Below are positions 38,935-49,062 of a stretch of 64,000 bases of DNA, piece by piece (within the stretch, counting starts at the first letter, position 1; each line of letters starts with the position of its first letter). Source of the stretch: Chlamydiales bacterium (GTDB taxonomy: Bacteria > Chlamydiota > Chlamydiia > Chlamydiales > VFKH01); assembly GCA_031292375.1 (NCBI GenBank), contig JARLHF010000049.1, positions 4,377-68,376 of the forward strand. Direction: 5' to 3'. A program made the translations under genes and the position numbers. The notes beneath the pieces are model-generated. The model did no database searches and had not been told where the DNA came from. It was given only the letters and a program-made list of their open reading frames with translations.

Positions 38935-39180
38935 ATGTCTAGAAAGATGTTAAAGATCATATTAATTGTCTTAGGTTTAATTATTTCTTGTATCGGTATA
39001 GCAGGATTTATCTTCCCTGAAATCAGCTACGATGCTCAAAAATCTCTATTTGAAATAGGGCCATGGAATGCAAAACTCGATGTGACTCACATCGTTCACA
39101 TTCCTAGAATGTTCAGTGGAGCATCTCTTGGTCTTGGACTTTTAATTCTTATTTTTGCATCTCTCAAGAAATCAAAATAA
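38935..39180 (+). CDS. Small two-TM membrane protein
   Basis: Two hydrophobic helices flanking SLFEIGPW; AAGGA RBS. Confidence 0.65.
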   Translation: MSRKMLKIILIVLGLIISCIGIAGFIFPEISYDAQKSLFEIGPWNAKLDVTHIVHIPRMFSGASLGLGLLILIFASLKKSK

Positions 39181-39184
39181 GAAA

Positions 39185-40054
39185 ATGCAAAAAAGCGCAG
39201 AAAAGCTTCTTATTGGAGCGCATACCTCCGCCGCAGGTGGTGCGTACCGCGCACTCTTGGAAGGAAAAAGCATTGGTGCAACCACCATTCAATTTTTTAC
39301 AGCAAATCAACGTCGCTGGGCGTCCAAGCCTTTAGATCAAGAATCCATTGACTTATGGTACAAGACGCTAGAAGAGACAAAGATTCGGTCTGTAATGAGC
39401 CATGCAAGCTATCTTTTAAACTTAGGGGCTCCAAATCCCGATAACTTGCAAAAAAGCAGACATTCTTTCAAAGAAGAATTAATGCGCTGTATCTCTCTTG
39501 GAGTTACATTTTTAAACTTTCATCCAGGAGCATCTCTTGATGAGAGCAAAGAAGCATGCCTTGACAAGATCATTGAAAGCATCCTAAGTGTTCAAGATCT
39601 TGCAAATAACGGACCTACTACCCTGCTCTTAGAAACTACAGCTGGTCAAGGATCCTGTGTAGGTGCTTCTTTTGAAGAGCTTGCCTATATCATAGCTGGG
39701 GTAAAAAAATATATACCCATCGGTGTTTGTGTGGATACTTGTCACATCTTTGCAGCCGGCTATGACATTCGCACAAAACAAAGTTTAGACAACACTCTCA
39801 AACAATTTGATGAAATCATAGGCCTTTCTCATTTAAAAGCCTTTCATCTAAATGACTCTCTTGGAAAGCTTGGATCACGTAAAGATCGACACAAACCACT
39901 AGGAGCTGGTGAAATTGGCATTGAGTGCTTTAAATGCCTCATGCAAGATCCAAGAACTTGCATAACTCCTAAATATCTTGAAACACCAGATGGCCCTCCT
40001 CTTTGGAAAGAAGAAATCAAGATGCTACGCGAATTTTACACTCATCATTCTTAG
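39185..40054 (+). CDS. nfo: Endonuclease IV
   Basis: IGAHTSAAGG, HASYLLNL, FHPG, LETTAGQG, CVDTCHIFAAG, HLNDS, DRH, LETP. Confidence 0.95.
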   Translation: MQKSAEKLLIGAHTSAAGGAYRALLEGKSIGATTIQFFTANQRRWASKPLDQESIDLWYKTLEETKIRSVMSHASYLLNLGAPNPDNLQKSRHSFKEELMRCISLGVTFLNFHPGASLDESKEACLDKIIESILSVQDLANNGPTTLLLETTAGQGSCVGASFEELAYIIAGVKKYIPIGVCVDTCHIFAAGYDIRTKQSLDNTLKQFDEIIGLSHLKAFHLNDSLGKLGSRKDRHKPLGAGEIGIECFKCLMQDPRTCITPKYLETPDGPPLWKEEIKMLREFYTHHS

Positions 40055-40131
40055 GTTTCAAAAATCAGCTACTTAATAATTTTGTTTGCCAGAATCCTTA
40101 AAAAAGGGATTTGCGGCATTTTAAATGCCGC

Positions 40132-40258
40132 CGAGGCTTGCTAGAACAAAGAGGATTCGCAGCGCAAGAGCGCACACAGTGCTTTGCACGGGAAGCGATG
40201 AGCACGCGAAAGTAGAGCGCAAGCGATACGCTCCTCACAGTTATAGTCAAGTCCCCTT
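40132..40258. repeat. GC-rich RPE/MITE-like intergenic element
   Basis: Abrupt GC-rich patch with gaggattcg ... cgctcctcac and a ttatagtcaag end. Only one copy in window. Confidence 0.45.
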
Positions 40259-40324
40259 CGTGGATCATGAGCTTTCTTATCGTTAACAGCTATTTTTTCA
40301 GAAATCGACATTGTAATGATTTTT

Positions 40325-40373
40325 TAAATTTTTCTGAGCAATTCCCGCAGCGGGAATTGCTCAGAAAAATTTA
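40325..40373. repeat. Perfect palindrome, 24-bp arms, 1-nt spacer
   Basis: taaatttttctgagcaattcccgc-a-gcgggaattgctcagaaaaattta. Confidence 0.95.
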
Positions 40374-40438
40374 TGTATATATAAACTATCTAGTTAAGTT
40401 ATGCTGCTCCTTTTGTTTTTACTAAAAAGAGATGAGCT

Positions 40439-41836
40439 ATGCGAACAAAAATCAAACAAATCTTTCAAAGAGACCCTGCAGAGATCATAGACACCCCTAC
40501 CCTGGTTAAGGGATGGATAAGAACGGTGCGCTCTCAAAAAACTTTTACATTTATCGAAATCAATGATGGATCTACTTTTTCTAACTTACAAGTTATATTT
40601 GAATCTTCCCACCCAAACTATGATACACTTGTTGCAACGCTCTCAACAGGATCAGCAATTAGTGTAAATGGTATCATTGCAAAAAGCCCTGGAGCAGGGC
40701 AAAAAGTAGAACTTGTTGCAAAAGAATTAGAAGTTATTGGCACATGTGATCCTGCAACGTATCCTCTTCAAAAAAAGCGACACTCTTTTGAATTTTTAAG
40801 AACTATTGCCCACCTTCGTCCAAGAACAAATACTCAAGGAGCTATTGCAAGAGTTCGTAACGCTCTTTCCTTTGCAACACACAAATTTTTCCAAGAGATG
40901 GGCTTTCTCTACGTGCACACCCCCATCATAACAACTTCTGACTGTGAGGGCGCTGGTAAGCTCTTTCAAGTAACAACTCTGGAAGCTGAAAAACCACCTC
41001 GCACACCAGATGGGAAGATAGATTATTCCAAAGATTTTTTTGGAAAGCCTGCCTATCTAACTTGCTCTGGGCAGCTCAACGCCGAAATCTATGCTTGTGC
41101 ACTCTCTGACATCTACACCTTTGGCCCTACATTTAGAGCGGAAAATTCCAATACCTCTCGGCATTTGGCAGAATTTTGGATGATTGAGCCTGAAATGGCA
41201 TTTGCTAACTTAAATGACAACATGGAATCTGCAGAAGCCTTTCTAAAATACGCTCTTACCTATCTTCTTAAAGAGTGTGCAGAGGACATCGCCTTCTTTG
41301 ATGAGTTCATTGAAAAAGGACTTATCAAACGCCTAGAGAATGTCATCACATCTCCTTTTGAGCGTCTTTCTTACACAGAATCCATTAAACTTCTAAAAAA
41401 TTCAGGGAAAACTTTTGAGTTTCCAGTAGAATGGGGATGCGATCTTCAATCGGAACATGAGCGCTACCTTGCAGAAGAAGTTTTTAAAAAACCTGTCATC
41501 CTCTTTAACTATCCCAAAGAAATTAAGGCTTTCTACATGCGCGGCAATGAAGATGGTAAAACAGTTGCTGCCATGGATGTCTTAGTTCCAAAAATTGGAG
41601 AGCTCATCGGCGGCAGTCAGCGCGAAGAGCGCCTTTCTGTATTAGAGCAAAAGCTTGAAGAGTTTAAGCTGGAAAAAGAAGCTTACTGGTGGTACTTACA
41701 GCTACGTGAGTATGGAAGCATTCCTCATGCAGGCTACGGCATTGGATTTGAAAGGCTTGTACTCTTTGCAACGGGCATGGAAAATATCCGCGATGTAATC
41801 CCCTTTCCCAGATACCCAGGAAATGCAGACTTTTAA
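40439..41836 (+). CDS. asnS: Asparaginyl-tRNA synthetase
   Basis: [62 protein letters not shown]. Confidence 0.97.
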   Translation: MRTKIKQIFQRDPAEIIDTPTLVKGWIRTVRSQKTFTFIEINDGSTFSNLQVIFESSHPNYDTLVATLSTGSAISVNGIIAKSPGAGQKVELVAKELEVIGTCDPATYPLQKKRHSFEFLRTIAHLRPRTNTQGAIARVRNALSFATHKFFQEMGFLYVHTPIITTSDCEGAGKLFQVTTLEAEKPPRTPDGKIDYSKDFFGKPAYLTCSGQLNAEIYACALSDIYTFGPTFRAENSNTSRHLAEFWMIEPEMAFANLNDNMESAEAFLKYALTYLLKECAEDIAFFDEFIEKGLIKRLENVITSPFERLSYTESIKLLKNSGKTFEFPVEWGCDLQSEHERYLAEEVFKKPVILFNYPKEIKAFYMRGNEDGKTVAAMDVLVPKIGELIGGSQREERLSVLEQKLEEFKLEKEAYWWYLQLREYGSIPHAGYGIGFERLVLFATGMENIRDVIPFPRYPGNADF

Positions 41837-42876
41837 ACACCAAGTAAAACTAGAGGATTTTGATAAAAGCGCGCGCTTCTTAAATTTTCCTTATCTAAGA
41901 AAAATGCTATTTGATTTTCAACAGATTCTGTAATGTATCTGTCTATCACGCTAATCTCTGAAAGTTTAGATGAATTATTTTGTTCTACGATTTTATTCAT
42001 CTGATCCACATTCAAAAGGGTAATGGAATCAAAAGCATCTAATTCTGGGTCTATGTTTCTTGGCACACTCAAATCGATTAAAAGCTGTTTTTTTGAAGAG
42101 AGCCTCTCATTTTTCAAGAGGAGATACTCTACTGATTTAGTACCAACAATTACAACATCGTAATTAATCCAACATCTTTTCTCTTGCCAGGCTATAGTTT
42201 TGATTGGGATTTGAAAAGCCAATCTATCTAAATGTTCTAAAGTACGATTACAGAAGGTAATATTTTTAATACCCTTGCTTAAAAGTGCTCTACATACTTT
42301 AATATTAATCTCTGATGCGCCCAAAAACAGTATTTTGCTCTCTTTAATATCTTGCATGTGGTTTTTAGTGACCTGTAAAATAGCTTCTTCTAAAGATGCA
42401 AGCCCCTTACCCATCGGAAAGCCTGTACGTACATCTTTTCCTATTTTCAGACTCTTTTGAAAGAGAAAATGTAATTCTCTTGGCAAATTATTGTATTGCT
42501 TTACGGACTCATAAGCAGACTTTACCTGTCCTTGAACTTCTGTTTCTGCGATGATTGCACTATCCATACCAGCAGTTACTTTTGCAAGATGCACAAAACA
42601 ATCAAAACCAAAATAAGAATAAAGTTTATGCTCAAACTCCCCTTCTATATCATAGCGCAACACTCTTAATAAATAACTATGTGTTACTGCCAAGTCATCA
42701 GAGCTAAAATAAATTTCTGTTCGATTACAGGTAGATAAAAGTACAAAAAAATGATTAGAATGTGCCGATCTTCCAGGAGAAAACCTTCTTACACAGACTT
42801 TTGCAAGACTTTCTCTGAGAGATAACTCCGCTGATTTATGATTGACTCCTAAAACACCTATTAGCATGTAATACAT
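41833..42876 (-). CDS. hemA: Glutamyl-tRNA reductase (short chlamydial form)
   Basis: [47 protein letters not shown]. Confidence 0.9.
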   Translation of the reverse strand: MYYMLIGVLGVNHKSAELSLRESLAKVCVRRFSPGRSAHSNHFFVLLSTCNRTEIYFSSDDLAVTHSYLLRVLRYDIEGEFEHKLYSYFGFDCFVHLAKVTAGMDSAIIAETEVQGQVKSAYESVKQYNNLPRELHFLFQKSLKIGKDVRTGFPMGKGLASLEEAILQVTKNHMQDIKESKILFLGASEINIKVCRALLSKGIKNITFCNRTLEHLDRLAFQIPIKTIAWQEKRCWINYDVVIVGTKSVEYLLLKNERLSSKKQLLIDLSVPRNIDPELDAFDSITLLNVDQMNKIVEQNNSSKLSEISVIDRYITESVENQIAFFLDKENLRSARFYQNPLVLLGV

Positions 42877-42954
42877 CCTTTAAATACAAACCTGGTCTTA
42901 TAGAAAAAAAAAGAATTCTTGCCAATGATTTTGCAGAGTCGTTACTATTCAGGT

Positions 42955-44835
42955 ATGAAAAAAGAATACACAGAAAGTTCTATCCAAACAGTCGATGCAC
43001 TAACGCACATCCGCATGCGCTCTGGCATGTACATTGGCAGGCTCGGCGATGGCTCGCATCATGATGATGGCATCTACATTCTCATTAAAGAAATTATCGA
43101 CAACGGCATCGATGAATTCATTATGGGCAATGGCAAAAAGATCATTGTCACTATCGACTTTTCTTCTCACTTAGTGGAAGTGCGCGATTTTGGAAGAGGC
43201 ATTCCTCTTGGAAAAGTTGTTGACTGCGTAAGTCAAATCAATACAGGTGCCAAATACAACGATGATGTCTTCCAATTTTCTGTTGGACTAAATGGAGTGG
43301 GAGCAAAGGCTGTCAATGCTCTCTCCTCTTCATTTATTGTAAAAAGCTACAGAGATGGGGAAAGTTTTGAAGCCCATTTTTCAAGAGGTGTTTTACAATC
43401 AGAAAAACGCTCTAAAAGTAAAGAGCCCCAAGGCACCTATGTCTCTTTTATTCCCGACTCTGAAATTTTTAAAAAATACCGCTTTCAAGAGCCTATCATC
43501 TTAAAACGCTTATGGCACTATGCTTACCTCAATACAGGACTCACCCTTGAGTTTAATGGCAATGCGATCTTCTCCGAAAATGGCCTACTCGACTTATTAA
43601 ATAGCGAAATCAAAGAAGACCGTATTTATGAGCCTCTTTACTACAGAGGCAAAACTCTAGAATTTGCATTTCTTCACACACATAGCTATGGAGAGAGCTA
43701 CTTCTCTTTTGTAAATGGACAGTACACTGCAGATGGAGGCACGCATCTTTCTGCCTTTAAAGAGGGCATTCTCAAAGGCGTTAACGAGTATGCAAAGAAA
43801 TCTTTTCAAGGCCTCGATGTTCGAGAAGGTATCTTTGGAGCTATTGCTGTTAAAGTTAAAGACCCTATTTTTGAATCACAAACAAAAAATAAGCTCAGTA
43901 ATACAGAACTTAGGTCCAGCGTTGTACAAGAAGTCAAAGATGCTATTGTTTCGCTTCTTTATCAAAACCAAGAAAGCGCAAAGCGCATTATTGAGCGCAT
44001 TGCCTTCAATGAAAAACTTAGAAAAGAGCTTGCTGCTGTCAAAAAAGAAGCTTCAGAAAAGCAAAAGAAAATCTCTTTTAAAATACCTAAACTGCGCGAT
44101 TGCAAATTTCATTTTACTGACCAAAATTTACTTGCTACAGATACGATGATCTTCTTAACTGAGGGAGAATCTGCAAGTGCATCCATTGTTGCCTCTAGAA
44201 ACCCTCTGACACAGGCCGTATTTTCACTACGAGGTAAACCTATGAATGTTCATGGGATGAAGCTCGATCAGCTCTATAAAAACGAAGAGATGTACAATTT
44301 AATGAGTGCGCTTGATATTGAAGAAGATTTGGAAAGACTTCGTTATAATAAAGTAGTTCTTGCAACGGATGCAGATGTAGACGGTATGCACATTCGCAAT
44401 CTTTTAATCACATTCTTCCTTACCTACTTTGAGGGGCTTGTAGTAGGAGGCCACCTCTATACCCTAGAGACTCCTCTTTTCAAAGTTCGCAATAAAGACA
44501 AAACAATTTACTGCTTTTCTGAAGAGGAAAGAGATCACGCCATTGCAAAATTAAAGTCAAATAGTCTAGAAATTACACGCTTTAAAGGGCTTGGAGAAAT
44601 TTCTCCTCACGAATTTAAACAATTTATCTCAAAAGAAATTCGCTTAACACCCATTACGATCAATGCCATATCAGACATTAAACCGACTCTTGAATTCTAT
44701 ATGGGCAAGAATACACCGGATCGCAAATTATTTATAATGAACAACTTAATAAACGAACAGCTCCTTTTAAAGGAACTATCTGAGCTTACACCAAATTCCT
44801 TAAAAGCTGCAAAACAAGAGTCTTCCAATGGATGA
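42955..44835 (+). CDS. parE: Type II topoisomerase B subunit, chlamydial second paralog (ParE/GyrB2)
   Basis: HIRMRSGMYIG, EIIDNGIDE, GLNGVGAKAVNALS, TEGESA, LRGK, TDADVDGMHI, RFKGLGEI. Confidence 0.92.
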   Translation: MKKEYTESSIQTVDALTHIRMRSGMYIGRLGDGSHHDDGIYILIKEIIDNGIDEFIMGNGKKIIVTIDFSSHLVEVRDFGRGIPLGKVVDCVSQINTGAKYNDDVFQFSVGLNGVGAKAVNALSSSFIVKSYRDGESFEAHFSRGVLQSEKRSKSKEPQGTYVSFIPDSEIFKKYRFQEPIILKRLWHYAYLNTGLTLEFNGNAIFSENGLLDLLNSEIKEDRIYEPLYYRGKTLEFAFLHTHSYGESYFSFVNGQYTADGGTHLSAFKEGILKGVNEYAKKSFQGLDVREGIFGAIAVKVKDPIFESQTKNKLSNTELRSSVVQEVKDAIVSLLYQNQESAKRIIERIAFNEKLRKELAAVKKEASEKQKKISFKIPKLRDCKFHFTDQNLLATDTMIFLTEGESASASIVASRNPLTQAVFSLRGKPMNVHGMKLDQLYKNEEMYNLMSALDIEEDLERLRYNKVVLATDADVDGMHIRNLLITFFLTYFEGLVVGGHLYTLETPLFKVRNKDKTIYCFSEEERDHAIAKLKSNSLEITRFKGLGEISPHEFKQFISKEIRLTPITINAISDIKPTLEFYMGKNTPDRKLFIMNNLINEQLLLKELSELTPNSLKAAKQESSNG

Positions 44836-46750
44836 TCTAAAAGACCAGATGCAAGACAACTTCTTGAAGTATGCGTCCTACGTGATTTTAGATAGGGCCA
44901 TACCCAATGTTGTTGATGGCTTAAAACCCGTACAGCGCCGCATTTTACACACGCTCTATGGCATGGATGATGGTAAATTGCACAAAGTTGCAAATGTTGC
45001 AGGCCAAACTATGGCTTATCACCCCCACGGAGATGCTCCTATTACAGAAGCCCTTGTCAACCTTGCAAATAAAGGCTTTTTATTAGACAGACAAGGAAAT
45101 TTTGGTAACCTGTTTACAGGTGATCCAGCAGCAGCTTCTAGATACATTGAGACAAGACTCTCCCTTCTTGCGAAAGAGACACTTTTTAATAAAGATCTAA
45201 CAGAGACGCTACCCTCTTATGATGGCAGACATCAAGAACCTGTAGCCTTCCCTGCAAAGATCCCTGTCCTGTTGATGCAAGGAGCTGAGGGTATTGCTGT
45301 TGGAATGGCAACACGCATTTTACCTCATAACTTTTCAGAATTGTTACAAGCAGAAATTGACCACCTAGAAGGCAAAGAATTTACGCTTCTTCCCGACTTT
45401 CCAACAGGCGGTATCATGGATGCATCCTCTTACGATAGAGGGCTTGGAAAAATTAAATTGAGAGCCCGCCTCCATTGTCCTGATGAAAAAACTATTGTCA
45501 TCAAAGAGGTTTGCTACGGTACGACGACAGAATCTCTCATTCAATCCATCGATGAGTCTGCTAAAAAGGGCAAAATTAAGATCGACTCTATCTATGACTT
45601 TACAGCAGAAAATGTAGAGATAGAAATTAAGCTTCCAAGAGGACAATACGCACATCAAGTCATCGATGCACTTTACGCCTTCACAGAATGCGAAGTTTCT
45701 CTAAGCTCTCAAGTTCTTGTCATCAAAGACAACTTTCCTTGGCAAACAGATGTTCATGAGATTTTAAAGCTCCACGTGGAACTCTTACAAGAGTATCTAA
45801 AGCGCGAACTAGAATTTGAAAAAGCACGCCTTCTAGAAAAAATCTTCCATAAAAGCTTAGAGCGCATCTTTATCGAAAATAGAATCTATAAACGCATCGA
45901 AGAGATTGCAAACTATCAAGAGATCCATGCAACCATTGCCTCTCACTTACTCCCTTTCCACGAAGAACTCTCTCGCATACCTTCCCACGATGACAGGGAA
46001 AAGCTTTTGAATATTCCCATCAGACGCATTTCACGCTTTGATTTGAATCAAAATAAAGAAGAAATTGAGCGCTTTGAAAAAGAACTTGCCAAGGTTGAAA
46101 AAGATTTAAAACAAATTAAGCGAGTAACCATTTCCTACCTCAAAGGCCTTCTTACTAAATATGGCAAAGATTTTGAGAGAAAAACAGAAGTACAAACTCT
46201 TGAAGAGGTAGATAAGAAAGCAATTGCTAGCAAGAAGCTTAAAATTTTTATCGATCCAGAAACTGGTTTTGCGGGAACAAAAGTACAAGGCGGGCTATCT
46301 TTTGAATGCACCAATTTTGATAAACTCTTATTTATTTTTAAAGATGGCAGCTACGTTGTCATCAATATACCAGAAAAGCACTACCTCTATCATAACAACT
46401 CAGAGCTTGTCTTTGCAGGTGTTGCCGATAAAAAGACTGTTTTTACTGCTCTCTATCTAGATCCAAAAACTAAATACTTATATGGCAAGCGCTTTATCAT
46501 TGAAAAATTCATACTAGACAAAGTCTACAGATTCATCGATGAAGATACTCTCTTTAAGGGCATCACTCAGGCAAATAACGCTAATCTCAAAATCAATTTC
46601 AAGCCAAAAGCAAACCAGAAAGTGCACCTCTTAAACTTTAAGATAGAAGATATTCTTGTTAAGGGGGTTTCTGCAAAAGGCATCCGTATTTCTGACAAAG
46701 AAATCAAAACCTTTTCTTTGGATACACCCATTAACCTGGAGTGCTTATAA
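44828..46750 (+). CDS. parC: Type II topoisomerase A subunit, chlamydial second paralog (ParC/GyrA2)
   Basis: RAIPNVVDGLKPVQRR, YHPHGD, AASRYIETRL (catalytic Tyr); short C-terminus. Confidence 0.92.
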   Translation: MDDLKDQMQDNFLKYASYVILDRAIPNVVDGLKPVQRRILHTLYGMDDGKLHKVANVAGQTMAYHPHGDAPITEALVNLANKGFLLDRQGNFGNLFTGDPAAASRYIETRLSLLAKETLFNKDLTETLPSYDGRHQEPVAFPAKIPVLLMQGAEGIAVGMATRILPHNFSELLQAEIDHLEGKEFTLLPDFPTGGIMDASSYDRGLGKIKLRARLHCPDEKTIVIKEVCYGTTTESLIQSIDESAKKGKIKIDSIYDFTAENVEIEIKLPRGQYAHQVIDALYAFTECEVSLSSQVLVIKDNFPWQTDVHEILKLHVELLQEYLKRELEFEKARLLEKIFHKSLERIFIENRIYKRIEEIANYQEIHATIASHLLPFHEELSRIPSHDDREKLLNIPIRRISRFDLNQNKEEIERFEKELAKVEKDLKQIKRVTISYLKGLLTKYGKDFERKTEVQTLEEVDKKAIASKKLKIFIDPETGFAGTKVQGGLSFECTNFDKLLFIFKDGSYVVINIPEKHYLYHNNSELVFAGVADKKTVFTALYLDPKTKYLYGKRFIIEKFILDKVYRFIDEDTLFKGITQANNANLKINFKPKANQKVHLLNFKIEDILVKGVSAKGIRISDKEIKTFSLDTPINLECL

Positions 46751-48544
46751 ATTCATGGGCCAATTTGAATTTAGCTCGCTAAGTTCATCCTGAACATACT
46801 CATACTCGTCTAAACTACACCCTCTTGCAGCCGCTTGAGAATAAAGCAGATCCGCTTTTTCTCTATCTTGCTCTACACCCACACCCCAATAATAGCAAAA
46901 ACCAAGCAAATATTGGCTAACAGGATTAATATGTTCAGAATTGTTAAAACAATTAAAAGCACCTTCAGAATAAATTTCAGCTAGTTTTTTATCAATGCCA
47001 CATCTGTTTCTATATAGACTATAGTATAAATCTATTTTTCCTTTTTCAAATGCGGCCAGATAGCATCCTCCCTCTACCGCTTTTTCAAAATAAGAATAAT
47101 ATTCCGAGCTAGAAACTTGCTTTTTACAAACCAACATTCCCATGCAATAATTAGCGTAAGCATACTTGTTAGCCATTGCTTTTTCATAATGCTCTATCCC
47201 TATCTTTTCATCCTTTTTTACGCCCAGGCCTTGTATATAACAGGTTCCAAGCATGCATATAGCAGGCGCATATCCCTGATCTGCTGCAGGCCGTAATCTC
47301 TCTACAGCCCTGACGGGGTCTTTAAAAGTATGTATCCCCTTTTGAAAGGAATAGGCAAGCAATGTTTGTAAAAATGATTTCTCTAATTTCTCTTCAGGCG
47401 TAATCGCTGAAGAATCAACTTTCATTCGAATATTTTCTTGTGAAAGAACTATTTTGATAAATTCTTTTACTAAACCATCAGAACTACAGGTAATTAAATA
47501 CCACTGATCTGTAGTGAGTGGAAGGATGTCATCTTTTAGACTGCCTCTGGTAGTATATAAAGAGAGGATCGTATTAGTAAATAAATCAGCATTATAAGAA
47601 AAAATAAACTTTAATTCTTCCTTTATGTTATTTGCAAGTCCACCTAAACCAAACTCTTTTGCAAGCGCCAGTAATTCACAATACTGATCAATCGTTGCAT
47701 GTACAATCATTTCTTTTGAATGGTACAAAGAAAGGTTAATCCAAGATTTTGAATCAATTAGTAAGGGCTCAAGTTCATTTTTCCGATCCACTCTAGTATT
47801 ATGTAAAGCATGTAATGTACGAATAAGCACGTTCATATTATTAGAGCAAATAAGTTTTAAATGCTCTGTAACCTGAGTTTTTAGCTCATCCATATTGAAT
47901 CTATCTGCAAGCTCTAATAAAGCAAAATGTTGGTCGATAGTCATTAATGATTCATCAAGCCTACCACAACAATAGTCAAAAAAAGGTTTTGCATCCTCAA
48001 CTGAATAGGGAAATTGCATAGGTTCTTTGCGATCTGTGTTCAAATAATTTTCAAATAATGATCCTGGAGGCAATTTTGCTAAAATACTAGGATGAATTTC
48101 TAGCTCTTCTCCATTTTTACAACATACTTTTATATTTTCACCCTCTAAAACAGACTCTCTTTCAACTGAGGATGGCAACAAACTCTCTATAGCAAAAGTT
48201 TTGCATCTTACTATTTCAATACGTTTCATGATAGCATCCCATTCACCACTTACTTTGTAATGAGAATGAAAGTGCCGGTTAAGTTTTTCTATTGCAGGAA
48301 GCTTGTCAGGAGAATCTTCAAGTTGAGTCAGTTTATCGATAAGAAAGTCTGAAACGGTAGTAAGACGCGCTCCATCATTTTTACCAAATAGTCGTTCTAT
48401 CAGCCAACGAATTCCTCTGGGCTTAGGTGCAAAAGCGGGATAATATTCTCCGTTTAAATTTTTCTTAAGTTCAACACGTTCACTCTTAAAATCAAACTTA
48501 TCTTGAGCAACTTTAGCAAGAAAATCGTTAAGTTCAGCAGTCAT
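46745..48544 (-). CDS. BTB/POZ + Sel1-like repeat protein, effector candidate
   Basis: BTB-like NIKVCC...IHPSILAKL..SLFENYL...FFDY...LLELADRF. Sel1 repeats AICMLGTCYIQGLGVKKD and SQYLLGFCYYWGVGVEQD. Confidence 0.75.
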   Translation of the reverse strand: MTAELNDFLAKVAQDKFDFKSERVELKKNLNGEYYPAFAPKPRGIRWLIERLFGKNDGARLTTVSDFLIDKLTQLEDSPDKLPAIEKLNRHFHSHYKVSGEWDAIMKRIEIVRCKTFAIESLLPSSVERESVLEGENIKVCCKNGEELEIHPSILAKLPPGSLFENYLNTDRKEPMQFPYSVEDAKPFFDYCCGRLDESLMTIDQHFALLELADRFNMDELKTQVTEHLKLICSNNMNVLIRTLHALHNTRVDRKNELEPLLIDSKSWINLSLYHSKEMIVHATIDQYCELLALAKEFGLGGLANNIKEELKFIFSYNADLFTNTILSLYTTRGSLKDDILPLTTDQWYLITCSSDGLVKEFIKIVLSQENIRMKVDSSAITPEEKLEKSFLQTLLAYSFQKGIHTFKDPVRAVERLRPAADQGYAPAICMLGTCYIQGLGVKKDEKIGIEHYEKAMANKYAYANYCMGMLVCKKQVSSSEYYSYFEKAVEGGCYLAAFEKGKIDLYYSLYRNRCGIDKKLAEIYSEGAFNCFNNSEHINPVSQYLLGFCYYWGVGVEQDREKADLLYSQAAARGCSLDEYEYVQDELSELNSNWPMNL

Positions 48545-48717
48545 TATGCACCTAAAAATATATATACTTTCATCAAGTCATACCATAAAACTCTATAATT
48601 ACAAATAATTTTAATAGCTCATCTCATTCAATAAAGACATCCTTATTATTAAAATAATTATTTTATCTTAAGAAATTATGGATTTATGATAGGATAAAAC
48701 TAAAAGGAGTAAATATC

Positions 48718-49047
48718 ATGAGCGGTACTTCAAGCGTTGACAACTCACCTAATCTTGATCCTAATTTTAACCAACCCAAAGGCCCAACAGGTAGCCCCTC
48801 TCAAGCCTTTACACCGAAATCTTCCAAAGATACATCTACAAAACAATCACCTCTAGATCTTGCAAAAAGCCAAGCTGCAAAGAAAGGTGCCGATAAGGCT
48901 GATCCTACACTTGCAACTAAAGCAGGGCGAGAGGCTATTGTTAAAACTATCGAGCAGGGTGTAGTCTCTAATATGGTAAATCAAAACTTCGATACCATGC
49001 AAAAAGTGCAACAAAATGCCAAAAAGCAAGCAAGTCAAAATAGCTAG
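48718..49047 (+). CDS. Hypothetical protein, S/T/P-rich N-terminus
   Basis: AAGGAG RBS; disordered N-terminus followed by a helical C-terminus. Confidence 0.65.
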   Translation: MSGTSSVDNSPNLDPNFNQPKGPTGSPSQAFTPKSSKDTSTKQSPLDLAKSQAAKKGADKADPTLATKAGREAIVKTIEQGVVSNMVNQNFDTMQKVQQNAKKQASQNS

Positions 49048-49062
49048 AATTTAATCCCTCCC

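Noticed and set aside
41833-42876. Truncated hemA pseudogene
   Set aside because: Short HemA without the C-terminal dimerisation domain is the normal chlamydial form, and the catalytic TCNR is intact.
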